NCBI GenBank assembly: GCA_021414205.1
Contig: JAIOOW010000003.1
Span: forward strand, 128,048-192,047
Source: Candidatus Anderseniibacteriota bacterium
GTDB lineage: Bacteria > Patescibacteriota > Andersenbacteria > UBA10190
DNA: 64,000 nucleotides
Direction of reading: 5' to 3'
The notes under the pieces are model-generated. The model did no database searches. It was not told where the DNA came from and worked only from the letters and a program-made list of their open reading frames with translations. Below are positions 25,791 through 36,722 of the stretch, piece by piece. Each line of letters starts with the position of its first letter. The first letter of the stretch is position 1. Position numbers and translations under genes: made by a program.

Positions 25791-28364
25791 TTGGGGCATA
25801 CTATGCACATGCCCGCATTATCTGCTCAATACAGCCCAAAAGATAACGAGGAAGCCATCTACAAGAAATGGGAAGCTTCAGGAGCCTTTCAGCCAAACGC
25901 TGATACCTTAAAGGCAGGAAAGAAGCCGTTTGTAGTTATGCTACCACCGCCAAATATTACAGGAGTGCTTCATATGGGCCATGCGCTGCAAGATACGATT
26001 ATGGATATTTTGGTGCGATGGCACCGCATGCAGGGCGAACCTACGCTATGGATGCCAGGAACGGATCACGCAGCATTGCCGACGAATAAAATAATCGTGG
26101 ATCAATTATTTGCGGAAGGAAAAACAAAAGAAGATATCGGTCGTGAAGCGTTCATAGAAAAAACGGAGGAGTGGTACGAAAAAACGGGAGCGCTTATTTT
26201 GAATCAAATGAAGCGATTGGGTGCGTCGTGCGATTGGAGTCGCGAGCGGTTCACTATGGACACGAAATATGTTCAGTCAGTGAACGAAACATTTTTGCAG
26301 TATTATAAAAAAGGATACATCTATCGCGGAGCGAGGATTGTGAATTGGGACCCAAAAACGCAAACGACTGTTTCCGATTTGGAAATCGATTATAAAACAG
26401 AGAAAGCGCCCTTGTATACATTTCAATATGGTCCGTTTCAGATCAGCACATCTCGCCCGGAAACAAAATTTGGAGATAAATATGTGGTGATGCATCCGGA
26501 TGATGCCCGGTATGCGCAGTACAAGCACGGCGATACGTTTACGGCGAAATGGATTAATGGAGAAGTTATGGCGACTGTTATTAAAGATGATTCTATTGAT
26601 ATGAAATTCGGTACGGGCGTCATGACAATCACGCCATGGCACGACGTAACGGATTTTGAGATTGCGCAACGCCATAAACTTCCAATGGAGCAAATTATTG
26701 ATTTTGAAGGAAAGTTATTGCCGATTGCCGGAGAGTTTGCGGGCATGAAGATTGAGGCTGCGCGCCCAAAGATTGCAGAAAAGCTAGAGCAAATGGGGTT
26801 GCTTGTGTCTGTGAATAAAAAATATGAACATAATGTTGCCTTAAACGACCGTGGAAAAGGTGTTATCGAGCCTCAGGTGATGCGTCAGTGGTTTGTTGAT
26901 ATGTCGAAATTAAAAGAAGAAGCGATTGCTGTTGCAAAGGACGGTCAAGTTCGCTTTGTGCCTTCTCGATGGAAAGAGCATTTTATTACATGGATGGAGA
27001 ATGTGCATGATTGGAATATTAATCGGCAAATTTGGCTTGGGCATCGCTTGCCAGTGTGGTGGAAGAAAGGGGCGCATGGTACGGAAAATGAGGAGGGCAA
27101 CTTTGTAGTTTCTGTCGAAAAGCCGAAAGGCGACTATGAGCAAGACCCCGATACACTCGACACGTGGTTTTCATCCGCGCTATGGCCGTTTGCAACGCTA
27201 GGGTGGCCGGAGCAAACAGAAGATTTAAAAACATTTTATCCTACAAGCGTATTGGTAACAGCTAGAGAGATTTTATATTTGTGGGTTGCTCGCATGGTAT
27301 TTTCCGGATTGGAATTAGCGGGAAATATTCCGTTTAAGGATGTATTAATTCATCCTGTAGTTCTTGCAAAGAACGGGCAGCGCATGAGTAAGTCTCTTGG
27401 GACGGGTGTGGATCCGCTCGAGTTGATTGAGGCGCACGGCGCCGATGCAACGAGATTTGGGCTTATGCATCAGATGAGTTTCGATATGCAGCAAATGAAA
27501 TTCGATCCGGAAGCGATTCGTTCTGCGCAAAACTTCGCGAATAAGTTATGGAATATTGCGCGCTTGCTCGATGGATTGGAAGATAGGGAGCAGGTAACTA
27601 TTGCAGATCAATGGATTGCATCGCGTGCTCAAGAAATTTCTCAAGAGGTAAGTGTTCTGCTTACTGAGTATAAAATCGGAGAAGCTGCGAGGCTGCTGCA
27701 AGATTTCGTGTGGTCTGATTTTGCTGACTGGTATGTAGAGATTGTGAAAAAAGAAGGTTCAACAAGTATTGCTCGAGGAGTATTCGCGGACATTCTCAAA
27801 ATGCTCCATCCGTTTATGCCGTTTATTACGGAGGTTCTTTGGGAACATAGTGGAAATACGGATATGCTCATTACTTCGCAGTGGAAGTTTGAGTCGCATT
27901 CAAAATCAGATGCTGCGCACGATACAGTGCAGCAGATGGACTTGTTTCGCTCAGCGGTGAGTGCAATTCGATCCGCCAGAATATTGTTCGGCGTTTCTAT
28001 GGGTAGTACGGTTGAGGTGTATATCCCAGAAGGTGTGGCAATGCCAGAATCATTTGAACGCATGGCGCATGCGCGTATTGTTGGGGAGAAAAAAGAAACG
28101 ATGCGTTCATATCCAATTGCAACGGGCGGAGTATTATTCTTACATTCAGATGAAATTACGAGCGAGGCGCTAGAAAAAGGCAGAGCATTGCTCGATGCTC
28201 GCGCACAAAAGATTGAAGCAGAAATTACTGCTGTTACGCAGATCGTATCTACGATGGAAGGAAGGGCGCCGGAAGAAAAAGTGAAAGAAAAGAAAGATCA
28301 GCTTGTTGAGTTGCAAAAACAATTACAAGATATTCAAGACAGCAGAGCATTACTTGTGTTATAG
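25791..28364 (+). CDS. valS: Valyl-tRNA synthetase
   Basis: Class I HIGH region PPPNITGVLHMGHAL, KMSKS motif RMSKSLG, and C-terminal coiled-coil typical of ValRS. The true start may be the Met at 25803 or 25809. Confidence 0.9.
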   Translation: MGHTMHMPALSAQYSPKDNEEAIYKKWEASGAFQPNADTLKAGKKPFVVMLPPPNITGVLHMGHALQDTIMDILVRWHRMQGEPTLWMPGTDHAALPTNKIIVDQLFAEGKTKEDIGREAFIEKTEEWYEKTGALILNQMKRLGASCDWSRERFTMDTKYVQSVNETFLQYYKKGYIYRGARIVNWDPKTQTTVSDLEIDYKTEKAPLYTFQYGPFQISTSRPETKFGDKYVVMHPDDARYAQYKHGDTFTAKWINGEVMATVIKDDSIDMKFGTGVMTITPWHDVTDFEIAQRHKLPMEQIIDFEGKLLPIAGEFAGMKIEAARPKIAEKLEQMGLLVSVNKKYEHNVALNDRGKGVIEPQVMRQWFVDMSKLKEEAIAVAKDGQVRFVPSRWKEHFITWMENVHDWNINRQIWLGHRLPVWWKKGAHGTENEEGNFVVSVEKPKGDYEQDPDTLDTWFSSALWPFATLGWPEQTEDLKTFYPTSVLVTAREILYLWVARMVFSGLELAGNIPFKDVLIHPVVLAKNGQRMSKSLGTGVDPLELIEAHGADATRFGLMHQMSFDMQQMKFDPEAIRSAQNFANKLWNIARLLDGLEDREQVTIADQWIASRAQEISQEVSVLLTEYKIGEAARLLQDFVWSDFADWYVEIVKKEGSTSIARGVFADILKMLHPFMPFITEVLWEHSGNTDMLITSQWKFESHSKSDAAHDTVQQMDLFRSAVSAIRSARILFGVSMGSTVEVYIPEGVAMPESFERMAHARIVGEKKETMRSYPIATGGVLFLHSDEITSEALEKGRALLDARAQKIEAEITAVTQIVSTMEGRAPEEKVKEKKDQLVELQKQLQDIQDSRALLVL

Positions 28365-28375
28365 TGAATGTAATT

Positions 28376-28921
28376 ATGACGCAAGAACCACGAAGTTTTT
28401 TTGAACGATTAACGGGAGCGAAAGTGTTGCGCAGCCCGGGAGATTCCGAAGATCAAGAAATTCCTATTCATGACACTCAGCGCCAAGAACCAGAGTTCGC
28501 GCAAAGAGAAGTTGCTACGGTGCTATCTGAAATAGAGCCGGAGGTTGAAGATGGGTACGGTGACGATGAATTGCTTGGAGATGAAGAGCAAGAAGGGCAG
28601 CTTACGGTAGATGTGTTTCAGGATAACGAGAATATTATTATTCAAAGTACGGTTGCGGGCGTATCTCCTGACGACTTAGATGTTTCTATTACAAATGATA
28701 TGGTAACGATTCGAGGAGAGCGCAAGCGCACATACGATGTTTCCGATCAAGATTATTTTTACCAAGAATGCTACTGGGGTACATTTTCTCGATCCATTAT
28801 ATTGCCTGTTGAAATTGATGCAGATAATGCAGAGGCAAAAATGAAAAACGGAGTGCTTACGATTCGCATTCCAAAAGCGAACATTGCTATAACGCGCAAA
28901 CTGAAAGTAAAGGACGCGTAA
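28376..28921 (+). CDS. Hsp20/alpha-crystallin-family small heat-shock protein
   Basis: Alpha-crystallin domain LTVDVFQDNENIIIQSTVAGVSPDDLDVSITNDMVTIRGER...AKMKNGVLTIRIPK. Acidic N-terminal extension. Confidence 0.8.
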   Translation: MTQEPRSFFERLTGAKVLRSPGDSEDQEIPIHDTQRQEPEFAQREVATVLSEIEPEVEDGYGDDELLGDEEQEGQLTVDVFQDNENIIIQSTVAGVSPDDLDVSITNDMVTIRGERKRTYDVSDQDYFYQECYWGTFSRSIILPVEIDADNAEAKMKNGVLTIRIPKANIAITRKLKVKDA

Positions 28922-29446
28922 ATGGATTGGATATTCGTCAGTGCGCTGATCGGCTCGGGGCTTCTGTTGCCAACTGCATATGCGGGAATAATAGGGGCTC
29001 CATGGGCCCCTACAAGAATTGCAGTGGTAAAAAAAGCATTTGATTCTGTGGGTATTTCAGATAAAGATCTGCTTATCGATTTAGGATGCGGCGATGGCAA
29101 GATCATGCATGAAGCAAGTAGGCGAGGGGCAAGGACGATCGGGTATGAATTATCTCCAATTATGTGGGTTGTTACATGGCTGAGAACGATGATGGATAAA
29201 CGCTCTCGTGTCCGATTCGGCAACTTTTTTACAGCAAGTATTCCAAGCGATACCACGTATATTTTTATGTTCCTTATGCCAAAGCATATGCAAAAAGTTC
29301 GATCATATATTGCAAAACAGCCCATTCACGATGCAACGATGATTTTTTCGTATGCATTTCCGATTCAAGATATCCCTCCGAGGATGATTTATCGTGCGAA
29401 AAAGTGTGCGCCACTATATATGTACAGCGTGAAAGATATCCGCTAG
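28922..29446 (+). CDS. Small class I SAM-dependent methyltransferase
   Basis: Motif I LIDLGCGDGKIMHEA. 174 aa. Specific substrate unknown. Confidence 0.6.
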   Translation: MDWIFVSALIGSGLLLPTAYAGIIGAPWAPTRIAVVKKAFDSVGISDKDLLIDLGCGDGKIMHEASRRGARTIGYELSPIMWVVTWLRTMMDKRSRVRFGNFFTASIPSDTTYIFMFLMPKHMQKVRSYIAKQPIHDATMIFSYAFPIQDIPPRMIYRAKKCAPLYMYSVKDIR

Positions 29447-29447
29447 A

Positions 29448-30905
29448 GTGGGCAATATGGCAAAATACTACATTACAACGCCAATCTATTATGTGAACGC
29501 AAAGCCGCATATTGGCTCTGCCTATACAAGTATTGCTGCTGATGTATTAGCTCGCTACCGGCGTCAGCTTGGTGATGACGTATTCTTTTTAATGGGTACG
29601 GCGGAGCATGGGTCTAAAATGGCGCAGAGCGCGGAAAAGGTTGGGAAAACTCCGCAGGAATTTGTGGATGAAATGTCTCAGCAATTCGAGCAAGCTTGGG
29701 AAACTTTGAATATTTCTCATGATGATTTCTTGCGAACTACGCAGCCGCGACACGAAGAAGCGGTAAAGCTCTTTTTTGAAAAACTTAAAGAATCCGGAAC
29801 TATCTATGAGGCAGATTACGAGGGGCTATATTGTGTTGGGCACGAGGCATTCATGAAAGAGGATGAGCTAACTCCTGACGGGTTGTGTCCGGACCATAAA
29901 ACGAAACCGGAGCTTGTAAAAGAAAGAAATTGGTTTTTTAAATTATCTTCGTATCAAGACAAGCTTGTCGAATTAATTACGAGTGGTGAACTTGATATTC
30001 AACCAGAGGGTAGAAAAAACGAAGTTCTAGCATTTATTCAAAGGGGATTGGAAGATATTGCAATATCTCGTCGAAATGTGAAGTGGGCAATCCCGTTGCC
30101 TTGGGATGATTCGCAGACAATTTACGTATGGCTTGATGAGCTTTTCAACTACTGTTCCGCGATTGGGTATGGGAAAGATGATGCATTGTTCAAGAAATGG
30201 TGGCCCGCAGATCTGCACTTGGTAGGGAAGGATATTATTAAGTTTCACTGCATTATTTGGCCAGCGCTTCTCTTGGCAATAGGTGAGGCAGTGCCAAAGA
30301 AGGTGTTTGCGCATGGGTTTTTCACTGTGGATGGGCAAAAAATGAGCAAAACACTTGGAAATGTGGTTGACCCAGTAGAGTTAGCACAGGAATACGGCAG
30401 CGATGTCGTTCGGTATTTCTTGCTCCGTGATTTTTCGTTTGGTAATGATGCGGATTTTTCGCACACCAGAATGAAGGAACGATATAATTCTGATTTAGCT
30501 AACGGGCTAGGGAACTTGGTTTCTCGAACACTAAATATGGTCGAGAAATATTTTGACGGTAAAGAGGTTCCGGCATCAGTAGTGCTTCCTGAAGAGGTTG
30601 TGCAATTTGCGAAAGATGCAGACGGGTTTGTAGAAGCGCTAGCATTTTCGAAAGCGCTTACAAATATGTGGAAAATGGTTGCATGGGCAGATGAATTGAT
30701 TGAGGAGTATAAACCATGGGAGTTGGTCAAAAAAGGAGAAGTTGAGAAGGCGCAAGAAGTTATCGCGCAGGCCGTCTCGGTGTTGCGCCTTATCAATGAC
30801 CGAATTGCTCCATTTATGCCCCAAGCACACGAGAAATTTACTGCAATATTATCTGCAAAGCCACTGAAAAAACCATCCGAACCATTATTTGCTCGAAAAG
30901 ACTGA
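29448..30905 (+). CDS. metG: Methionyl-tRNA synthetase (short form without C-terminal dimerisation domain)
   Basis: YYITTPIYYVNAKPHIGSAYTSI (HIGH) and KMSKTLGNVV (KMSKS). 485 aa. Confidence 0.9.
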   Translation: MGNMAKYYITTPIYYVNAKPHIGSAYTSIAADVLARYRRQLGDDVFFLMGTAEHGSKMAQSAEKVGKTPQEFVDEMSQQFEQAWETLNISHDDFLRTTQPRHEEAVKLFFEKLKESGTIYEADYEGLYCVGHEAFMKEDELTPDGLCPDHKTKPELVKERNWFFKLSSYQDKLVELITSGELDIQPEGRKNEVLAFIQRGLEDIAISRRNVKWAIPLPWDDSQTIYVWLDELFNYCSAIGYGKDDALFKKWWPADLHLVGKDIIKFHCIIWPALLLAIGEAVPKKVFAHGFFTVDGQKMSKTLGNVVDPVELAQEYGSDVVRYFLLRDFSFGNDADFSHTRMKERYNSDLANGLGNLVSRTLNMVEKYFDGKEVPASVVLPEEVVQFAKDADGFVEALAFSKALTNMWKMVAWADELIEEYKPWELVKKGEVEKAQEVIAQAVSVLRLINDRIAPFMPQAHEKFTAILSAKPLKKPSEPLFARKD

Positions 30906-30927
30906 TTTTCGCGATATACTAAAAGCT

Positions 30928-31917
30928 ATGAATATATTAGTTACAGGCGGAGCGGGGTTTATCGGCTCAAACTTTATTCGGTATTGGCTTACCGAGCATC
31001 CGCAGGATGTTATTACGAATTTGGACGCCCTTACGTACGCGGGTAATTTGGCCAGCTTAAAAGATGTAGAGGTGAATCCTAATTACGAATTCATCCAGGG
31101 GAGCATTCTTGATGCGGAGCTTGTCGGCCAATTGGTTGAAACTGCGGATAGGATTGTGCATTTTGCGGCTGAATCCCATGTGGACAGGTCAATTTTAGGT
31201 CCTGAAGCATTCGTTGAAACGAATATTAGAGGCACGTTTACATTGCTTGAAGCTGCACGCAAGAAAAAAATTCCATTTCACCATATTTCAACAGATGAAG
31301 TATTTGGATCGTTGGAATTAGGCAGTTCTGCAAAGTTCACAGAGCATACACCGTATCAGCCAAATAGTCCGTATTCTGCATCAAAGGCAGGGTCGGATCA
31401 CTTAGTTCGCGCATATCACGAAACGTATGGCCTGCCAGTTACAATTACGAATTGTTCGAATAACTTTGGGCCCTATCAGCATCCGGAAAAATTTATTCCT
31501 CGCATGATCACGGATCTTATCGATGGGGGCACCGTGAAAATCTACGGCGATGGATTGTATGTTCGCGATTGGCTGTATGTGCAAGATCACTGTCGGGCAA
31601 TCGACGCCGTGCTTACAAACGGCAAGAATGGCGAAACGTATTTAGTGGGCGGTATGTCACAAGATATTTCAAATAAAGATATTGCACTGAAAGTTCTTGA
31701 AATCATGGGTATGTCAGAAGATAAAATTACGTACGTCGCAGATCGCCCAGGGCATGATAGGAGATATGCGGTGGATTGGACGAAGATTCACGATGAATTA
31801 GGATGGCAGCCAGAGCACAGTTTCGAAGAATGGCTCAAAGAAACGGTTGAGTGGTATAAGAATAACCAGTCCTGGTGGCGCCCATTAAAAGAAAAGGCAG
31901 AAAGCATCTACAAATGA
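30928..31917 (+). CDS. rfbB: dTDP-glucose 4,6-dehydratase
   Basis: MNILVTGGAGFIGSNF Rossmann motif, catalytic YSASKAGSDHLVRAY, and overall RmlB colinearity. Confidence 0.85.
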   Translation: MNILVTGGAGFIGSNFIRYWLTEHPQDVITNLDALTYAGNLASLKDVEVNPNYEFIQGSILDAELVGQLVETADRIVHFAAESHVDRSILGPEAFVETNIRGTFTLLEAARKKKIPFHHISTDEVFGSLELGSSAKFTEHTPYQPNSPYSASKAGSDHLVRAYHETYGLPVTITNCSNNFGPYQHPEKFIPRMITDLIDGGTVKIYGDGLYVRDWLYVQDHCRAIDAVLTNGKNGETYLVGGMSQDISNKDIALKVLEIMGMSEDKITYVADRPGHDRRYAVDWTKIHDELGWQPEHSFEEWLKETVEWYKNNQSWWRPLKEKAESIYK

Positions 31918-32714
31918 TCGGCATATTTGATTCCGGATACGGAGGATTAACCATTCTTGATGCATGCAAAAAAGCATTACCCGAATATTCATATATATAC
32001 GTAGGTGATAATGCGCATGCGCCATATGGCCCTAAGACAGACGAGGAAATTTTTGCATTAACCAAACAGGGGGTAGAACAACTTTTTCAAAAAGGCTGTA
32101 ATCTTGTCATCCTTGCGTGCAATACGGCATCTGCCAGTGCGCTGCGACGCTTGCAGCAAGAGTGGCTTCCGAGCGCGCACCCGGATAAAAAAGTATTAGG
32201 CATTATTGTCCCGACTGCAGAGGCAGTATCGAATCACGAATATAAAACAATCGGTATTCTCGCGACCCAGCATACAGTTGCTACGGGAGTGTATGAAAAA
32301 GAAATTCAGAAGCGAAATTCGAGTATCTCTATTACGGACCAAGCATGTAATAATCTTGCAGGGATGATTGAACAATACGGGGTAGACGATGAGTGGGTGA
32401 GTTTAGAGATTGCGCAATGCGTCCATCAGCTTCTTGAAAAAACACCAAATCCTGACGCTGTGCTTTTAGGCTGCACGCATTACGAACTTATCGCAGAAAA
32501 AATTCAGCGCCTGCTTCCTGAAAAAACAGCTCTTATTCGCCAGCAGAAATTAGTTGCGCAAAGCCTAAAAAATTATCTTGAGCGTCACCCAGAATTAGAG
32601 CCGCATCTTCAAAAAACAGGAACGTGCCAGTATTTCACTACGGGTAATCCGCAAGAAGTATCTCAAAAAAGTTCATCATTAATGGGCGATGAAGTAGTAT
32701 TTCAATTACTATGA
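31914..32714 (+). CDS. murI: Glutamate racemase
   Basis: IGIFDSGYGGLT and ILACNTASA (catalytic Cys) motifs. ATGA overlap with rfbB. Confidence 0.85.
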   Translation: MIGIFDSGYGGLTILDACKKALPEYSYIYVGDNAHAPYGPKTDEEIFALTKQGVEQLFQKGCNLVILACNTASASALRRLQQEWLPSAHPDKKVLGIIVPTAEAVSNHEYKTIGILATQHTVATGVYEKEIQKRNSSISITDQACNNLAGMIEQYGVDDEWVSLEIAQCVHQLLEKTPNPDAVLLGCTHYELIAEKIQRLLPEKTALIRQQKLVAQSLKNYLERHPELEPHLQKTGTCQYFTTGNPQEVSQKSSSLMGDEVVFQLL

Positions 32715-33250
32715 TCACACCGTGGAAATTATTAAAGAGCGAATGGGTGTTGAATGAAAAATGGTATAAGGTTCGCAAAGATACGGTAGAAGTACGACCA
32801 GGTAAAATTTTAGATGATTATTACGTTGGCGTATCGAATGACATTGTTATGGTTCTTGCGATTACTGAAGATGGAATTGTTCCGCTTGTTCGGCAATATA
32901 AACATGGGCTACAAGATATTATTACGGAATTGCCGGCTGGCATGATAGACGATGGTGAGGATCCGCTTGAGTCTGCGAAGAGGGAGTTGAGCGAAGAAAC
33001 CGGCTACGAATCAGATGGCTGGAGTAAGCTCGGGTATTTTATTAAAAGTGCGGGTAAAACAGTGGGCGGAAATATTTATTTATATCTCGCAAAAAATGCG
33101 AAGAAAACATCTGGCCAAGATTTGGACGACACTGAAGATATCGAAGTTATCGAAAAACCATTTCAAGAAGCGCTCGCCATGGCCAAGAGCGGGGAGCTGC
33201 AAGGAATTGATACCGTGCTTGCGCTTTTGCTTGCAGAAGAAAAATTATGA
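32711..33250 (+). CDS. NUDIX hydrolase (ADP-ribose pyrophosphatase-like)
   Basis: Nudix box GMIDDGEDPLESAKRELSEETGY. Confidence 0.8.
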   Translation: MITPWKLLKSEWVLNEKWYKVRKDTVEVRPGKILDDYYVGVSNDIVMVLAITEDGIVPLVRQYKHGLQDIITELPAGMIDDGEDPLESAKRELSEETGYESDGWSKLGYFIKSAGKTVGGNIYLYLAKNAKKTSGQDLDDTEDIEVIEKPFQEALAMAKSGELQGIDTVLALLLAEEKL

Positions 33251-33378
33251 CCAAACTCTCACCGCAGATGCATGTTTGGATGTATTAGACGAGGCGGATA
33301 ATAAAGAGGTGATTTTGGGATACCTAGCTCAAAAGGGGGTATAGGGTTGCGGCGTACCGAACATTTTCCAAAATAAAA

Positions 33379-33405
33379 TTGACAAAATATGAAATACGGT
33401 ATAAT
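33379..33405 (+). promoter_or_regulatory. Near-consensus sigma70 promoter upstream of the transporter gene
   Basis: TTGACA at 33379-33384. TATAAT at 33400-33405 (15-nt spacer) or TAATAT with a 17-nt spacer. Confidence 0.5.
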
Positions 33406-33443
33406 ATAAGGATATTAACACTTATTTGCCGTAATACAAGTCT

Positions 33444-34340
33444 ATGCAACAACAGCTTATCGTAGCAGTTTTAGCAGGGTTAGGTGGAATGATTGGATGG
33501 GGCTTGGCAGACTTTTTTGCCAAGAAAACAATTGATAAGATCGGTGATATTGCCAGTCTTGGGTGGGGGCATGTGTGCGGAACAATCGCATTTTTCTCTC
33601 TATTGGGCTATGAATTATTCAACGGTAAAACATTGCATATTGATGCAAGTCTATATGAATGGTTTGGGGTAGCATTCTTTGGTGCTCTACAGGCAACTGT
33701 TTATTTCTTCGTATATAAAAGCTTTGCAAAGGGGCAAGTAGGTGTTTTGAGTCCTATCTTCGCTTCGTTTTCTGGATTTGTAGCGCTTTTCTCGGTGATC
33801 TTATTCGGAGAAGTTGTACCTCCAATCTTTTTACTAGGATTAATACCATTATTCTTTGGAATCCTTCTCGTTAATGTCGATATTACGGCGTTAAAAGATC
33901 GAAAAATTTCATTAGTAGCTACTCCTGGATTTAAAGAAATTGCTATTGCAACTGTTTTGGCAGTGTTTTGGACATTAGGATGGCACAAGTTTGTTACGGA
34001 TAAAGATTGGATGTTATACGCAGCTTTGATGTACGCATTCATGACACTTGCAATTCTTTTATATGCAGTATCTCAAAGAATTGATATTAAAGTTCCCGAA
34101 TCTTCAATGTGGAAGTATTTAGCTGGTATCGGTATCGCTGAGGCTGTAGCGTATTTCGCAATTAGCGTTGGGTATAGCACAACCTCGTATACGAGCATTA
34201 TCGGATTATTGAGCGGAGCATTTTCCGTGCCAACTATTTTCCTCGCTCGAGCATTTCTTGGAGAAAGAATGTCAAAGGCTCAAGGTTTGGGTGTAGTATT
34301 TATATTGTTGGGGATTATTTTCGTAGCGACTCTGTCGTAA
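33444..34340 (+). CDS. DMT-superfamily (EamA-like) 10-TM transporter
   Basis: 298 aa with two homologous 5-TM halves, each ending in a Gly-rich helix. No catalytic motif. Confidence 0.55.
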   Translation: MQQQLIVAVLAGLGGMIGWGLADFFAKKTIDKIGDIASLGWGHVCGTIAFFSLLGYELFNGKTLHIDASLYEWFGVAFFGALQATVYFFVYKSFAKGQVGVLSPIFASFSGFVALFSVILFGEVVPPIFLLGLIPLFFGILLVNVDITALKDRKISLVATPGFKEIAIATVLAVFWTLGWHKFVTDKDWMLYAALMYAFMTLAILLYAVSQRIDIKVPESSMWKYLAGIGIAEAVAYFAISVGYSTTSYTSIIGLLSGAFSVPTIFLARAFLGERMSKAQGLGVVFILLGIIFVATLS

Positions 34341-34358
34341 GGTATTCACCTCACTAGT

Positions 34359-35504
34359 ATGAACAAGAATTCACATATTGATGGCGAGCTGACACAAGAA
34401 TTTTTAGAAGGCTTGCAACACGAGACGCCGTTTTTCGTATTCTCTAAAAAACAAATCCTTGAAAACTATAAGGAGTATAAAAAACATTTTCCTCATGCGA
34501 TGATTCAGTATGCAATGAAGGCAAATTTCGAGCCGGAAATTTTGGAGGTATTAAACGAAGCGGGAATTGGGTTTGAGGTTGCGTCTGCATACGAACTTCG
34601 AATGTTGAAAGAATTAAAAGTTGATCCTAAAAAGATTGTATATGGAACGTCAGTGAAGCCAGCTTCGCACATCAAAGAATTTTTTGAATATGGTGTTGAT
34701 AGGTTTGCATTTGATACATTCGATGAATTAGCGAAGATTGCTGCGGCCGCTCCAGGAGCTCGAGTATATGCTCGTATGATTGCTAATGATGCAGGGAGCG
34801 TATTTCAGTTTTCTGAAAAATTCGGTACAGAAGTGGAAAACATAGCTCCATTGCTCGAGAGAGCGAAAGAGCTTGGCTTACAGCCGTACGGGATTAGCTT
34901 TCACGTTGGATCTCAGGCAAGTAATCCAATGGCTTGGGCAAGTGCTATTGAAAAACTTGCACCAGTATTAGAGCAGTTAAAGAAGATGGATATAGAAATT
35001 GAAATGATTAATATCGGTGGAGGATATCCTTGCGCCTATGCATCTGCTGAGAAAAATATCACTTTAGAAGAAATTGCTGAGCATACAATGAAAGCGTTCA
35101 AGAAGCTTCCATATCAGCCAAAGATAATGCTAGAGCCTGGTCGAGGCATGATTGCGAATACGGGGGTTGTGGTTGCAAGCATTATTGGGAAAGTTGAGCG
35201 TAGCGGCAATACCTGGTTATTTTTGGACGCAGGTGCATACAATGCATTGTATGAAGCAATGGTATTTCAGGGATCAACGCGCTACCACATTACAAGTATG
35301 AGACCGCTGTATAATTCGAAAGAAGTATTGTTTGCGATTGCAGGACCGACTGGCGATTCTCTCGACGTTCTTACGCGAGAAGCGCTTCTTCCGCAGGATA
35401 TTGAAGTGGGGGACAAGCTTATTATTCATGACGTTGGGGCATATAGTCTCGTTGCTTGCAATCCGTTTAACGGTTTTCCAAAGCCAAGTGTATATCTTGT
35501 TTGA
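34359..35504 (+). CDS. PLP-dependent decarboxylase, Orn/DAP/Arg decarboxylase family 2 (diaminopimelate or ornithine decarboxylase)
   Basis: YAMKAN (PLP lysine region), HVGSQ, GGGYP, and C-terminal beta-domain. 381 aa. Confidence 0.75.
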   Translation: MNKNSHIDGELTQEFLEGLQHETPFFVFSKKQILENYKEYKKHFPHAMIQYAMKANFEPEILEVLNEAGIGFEVASAYELRMLKELKVDPKKIVYGTSVKPASHIKEFFEYGVDRFAFDTFDELAKIAAAAPGARVYARMIANDAGSVFQFSEKFGTEVENIAPLLERAKELGLQPYGISFHVGSQASNPMAWASAIEKLAPVLEQLKKMDIEIEMINIGGGYPCAYASAEKNITLEEIAEHTMKAFKKLPYQPKIMLEPGRGMIANTGVVVASIIGKVERSGNTWLFLDAGAYNALYEAMVFQGSTRYHITSMRPLYNSKEVLFAIAGPTGDSLDVLTREALLPQDIEVGDKLIIHDVGAYSLVACNPFNGFPKPSVYLV

Positions 35505-35517
35505 TTCGTTTTTTTAG

Positions 35518-36348
35518 TTGGTGTATAATATACCCATGTACTTGAATGGGTACCAAAAGATAGCCGTAATCTTTTTAGGAGTTCTCGCCATATTCTGGGC
35601 GGTGCTTTGGCTGACGAATACAACCGAAGGTTTTTATAACTACCTGTACTCATTCTTATTCGGATTAATACCATTGCTTGCTGGGGTAATCGCTATGTTT
35701 AGTGGGAAAAGCTGGGGTGGCTTTAGGACTGCGATCGGGAAAGCAGTCTTTTTTATAGGTCTCGGTATATTTTTGTGGGGTTGCGGAGAAACAATTTGGT
35801 CATATTACAATTTCTTTTTGGGAGTTGCAGCTCCATACCCATCGCTTGCTGATCTTGGATTCGCGCCAAGCGTATTCTTCTATGGCTTGGGTACATTTTA
35901 TTTATCTCAGGCTTCTGGCGCAAAGTACGGATGGAGGAGTAAGAAAGCAAAAGTATTTGCAATTATATTGCCAATCGTAATATTCGCCATTTCTTACTAT
36001 TTGCTTGTGATCGTTGCCCGAGAAGGTGTACTTGTTCCCGAAGGAGAGTCGTTGCTTAAAGCATTCTTGGATGTAGTATACCCGCTTGGGGACTTCCTAT
36101 CGGCAACCATCGCAACGATTATTACTGGGTTGTCATTCAAATACATGGGAGGATTGTATCGCAATAATATTATCGCCGTGTTATTGGGTCTGGTTGTAAT
36201 GTTTGTGGCAGACACTATCTTTTCGTATACTACTACCATAGGGACGTACTATAACGGCAATTTTGGAGATCTGGTGCTTACGATAGGTGTGTTCCTTCTG
36301 TCCTTTGGTGTATTAGGCTTCCATAAAAGCACAAGAGCAAGGCATTAA
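35518..36348 (+). CDS. Hypothetical polytopic membrane protein (about 8 TMs)
   Basis: Hydrophobicity pattern only. Confidence 0.5.
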   Translation: MVYNIPMYLNGYQKIAVIFLGVLAIFWAVLWLTNTTEGFYNYLYSFLFGLIPLLAGVIAMFSGKSWGGFRTAIGKAVFFIGLGIFLWGCGETIWSYYNFFLGVAAPYPSLADLGFAPSVFFYGLGTFYLSQASGAKYGWRSKKAKVFAIILPIVIFAISYYLLVIVAREGVLVPEGESLLKAFLDVVYPLGDFLSATIATIITGLSFKYMGGLYRNNIIAVLLGLVVMFVADTIFSYTTTIGTYYNGNFGDLVLTIGVFLLSFGVLGFHKSTRARH

Positions 36349-36363
36349 TCACTTACATAATCT

Positions 36364-36642
36364 ATGAATCCTCTAGCACAACTCGCCGATCACATCATTA
36401 AAGAGCAAGAGCTCATCATCGGCCCTGTTGCGTGGGAAGAGGCGGAGAAGGTGACGGGACTTCGCATTAACGTGCAGAGCCACGAAGTAGATATTGAAGG
36501 TGATGCTCGCGACGTCCTTGAACGATTGGTCGCGCAGTACGAGCAGCTATTCGGAAAAGCATCACGAGAAGTATGCAGAGACGCCGTCCGCCCGTTACTT
36601 GCACAGGTTCCGGAAGCGGATGTACCCGCGGTGCTGAAGTAA
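36364..36642 (+). CDS. Small hypothetical protein (92 aa)
   Basis: ORF only. Confidence 0.35.
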   Translation: MNPLAQLADHIIKEQELIIGPVAWEEAEKVTGLRINVQSHEVDIEGDARDVLERLVAQYEQLFGKASREVCRDAVRPLLAQVPEADVPAVLK

Positions 36643-36722
36643 AACGAAGAGAATAAAACTATGCGGTAAAAATCCGCATATTTTTATATCAGAAAATATG
36701 CTGTTCATGCTATACTTCATAT

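Noticed and set aside
25700-25800. T-box riboswitch upstream of valS
   Set aside because: No T-box consensus or specifier/antiterminator architecture visible.
33015-33344. 109-aa plus ORF overlapping the end of the Nudix gene
   Set aside because: Alternative frame of the Nudix gene/3' region, low complexity, no RBS.
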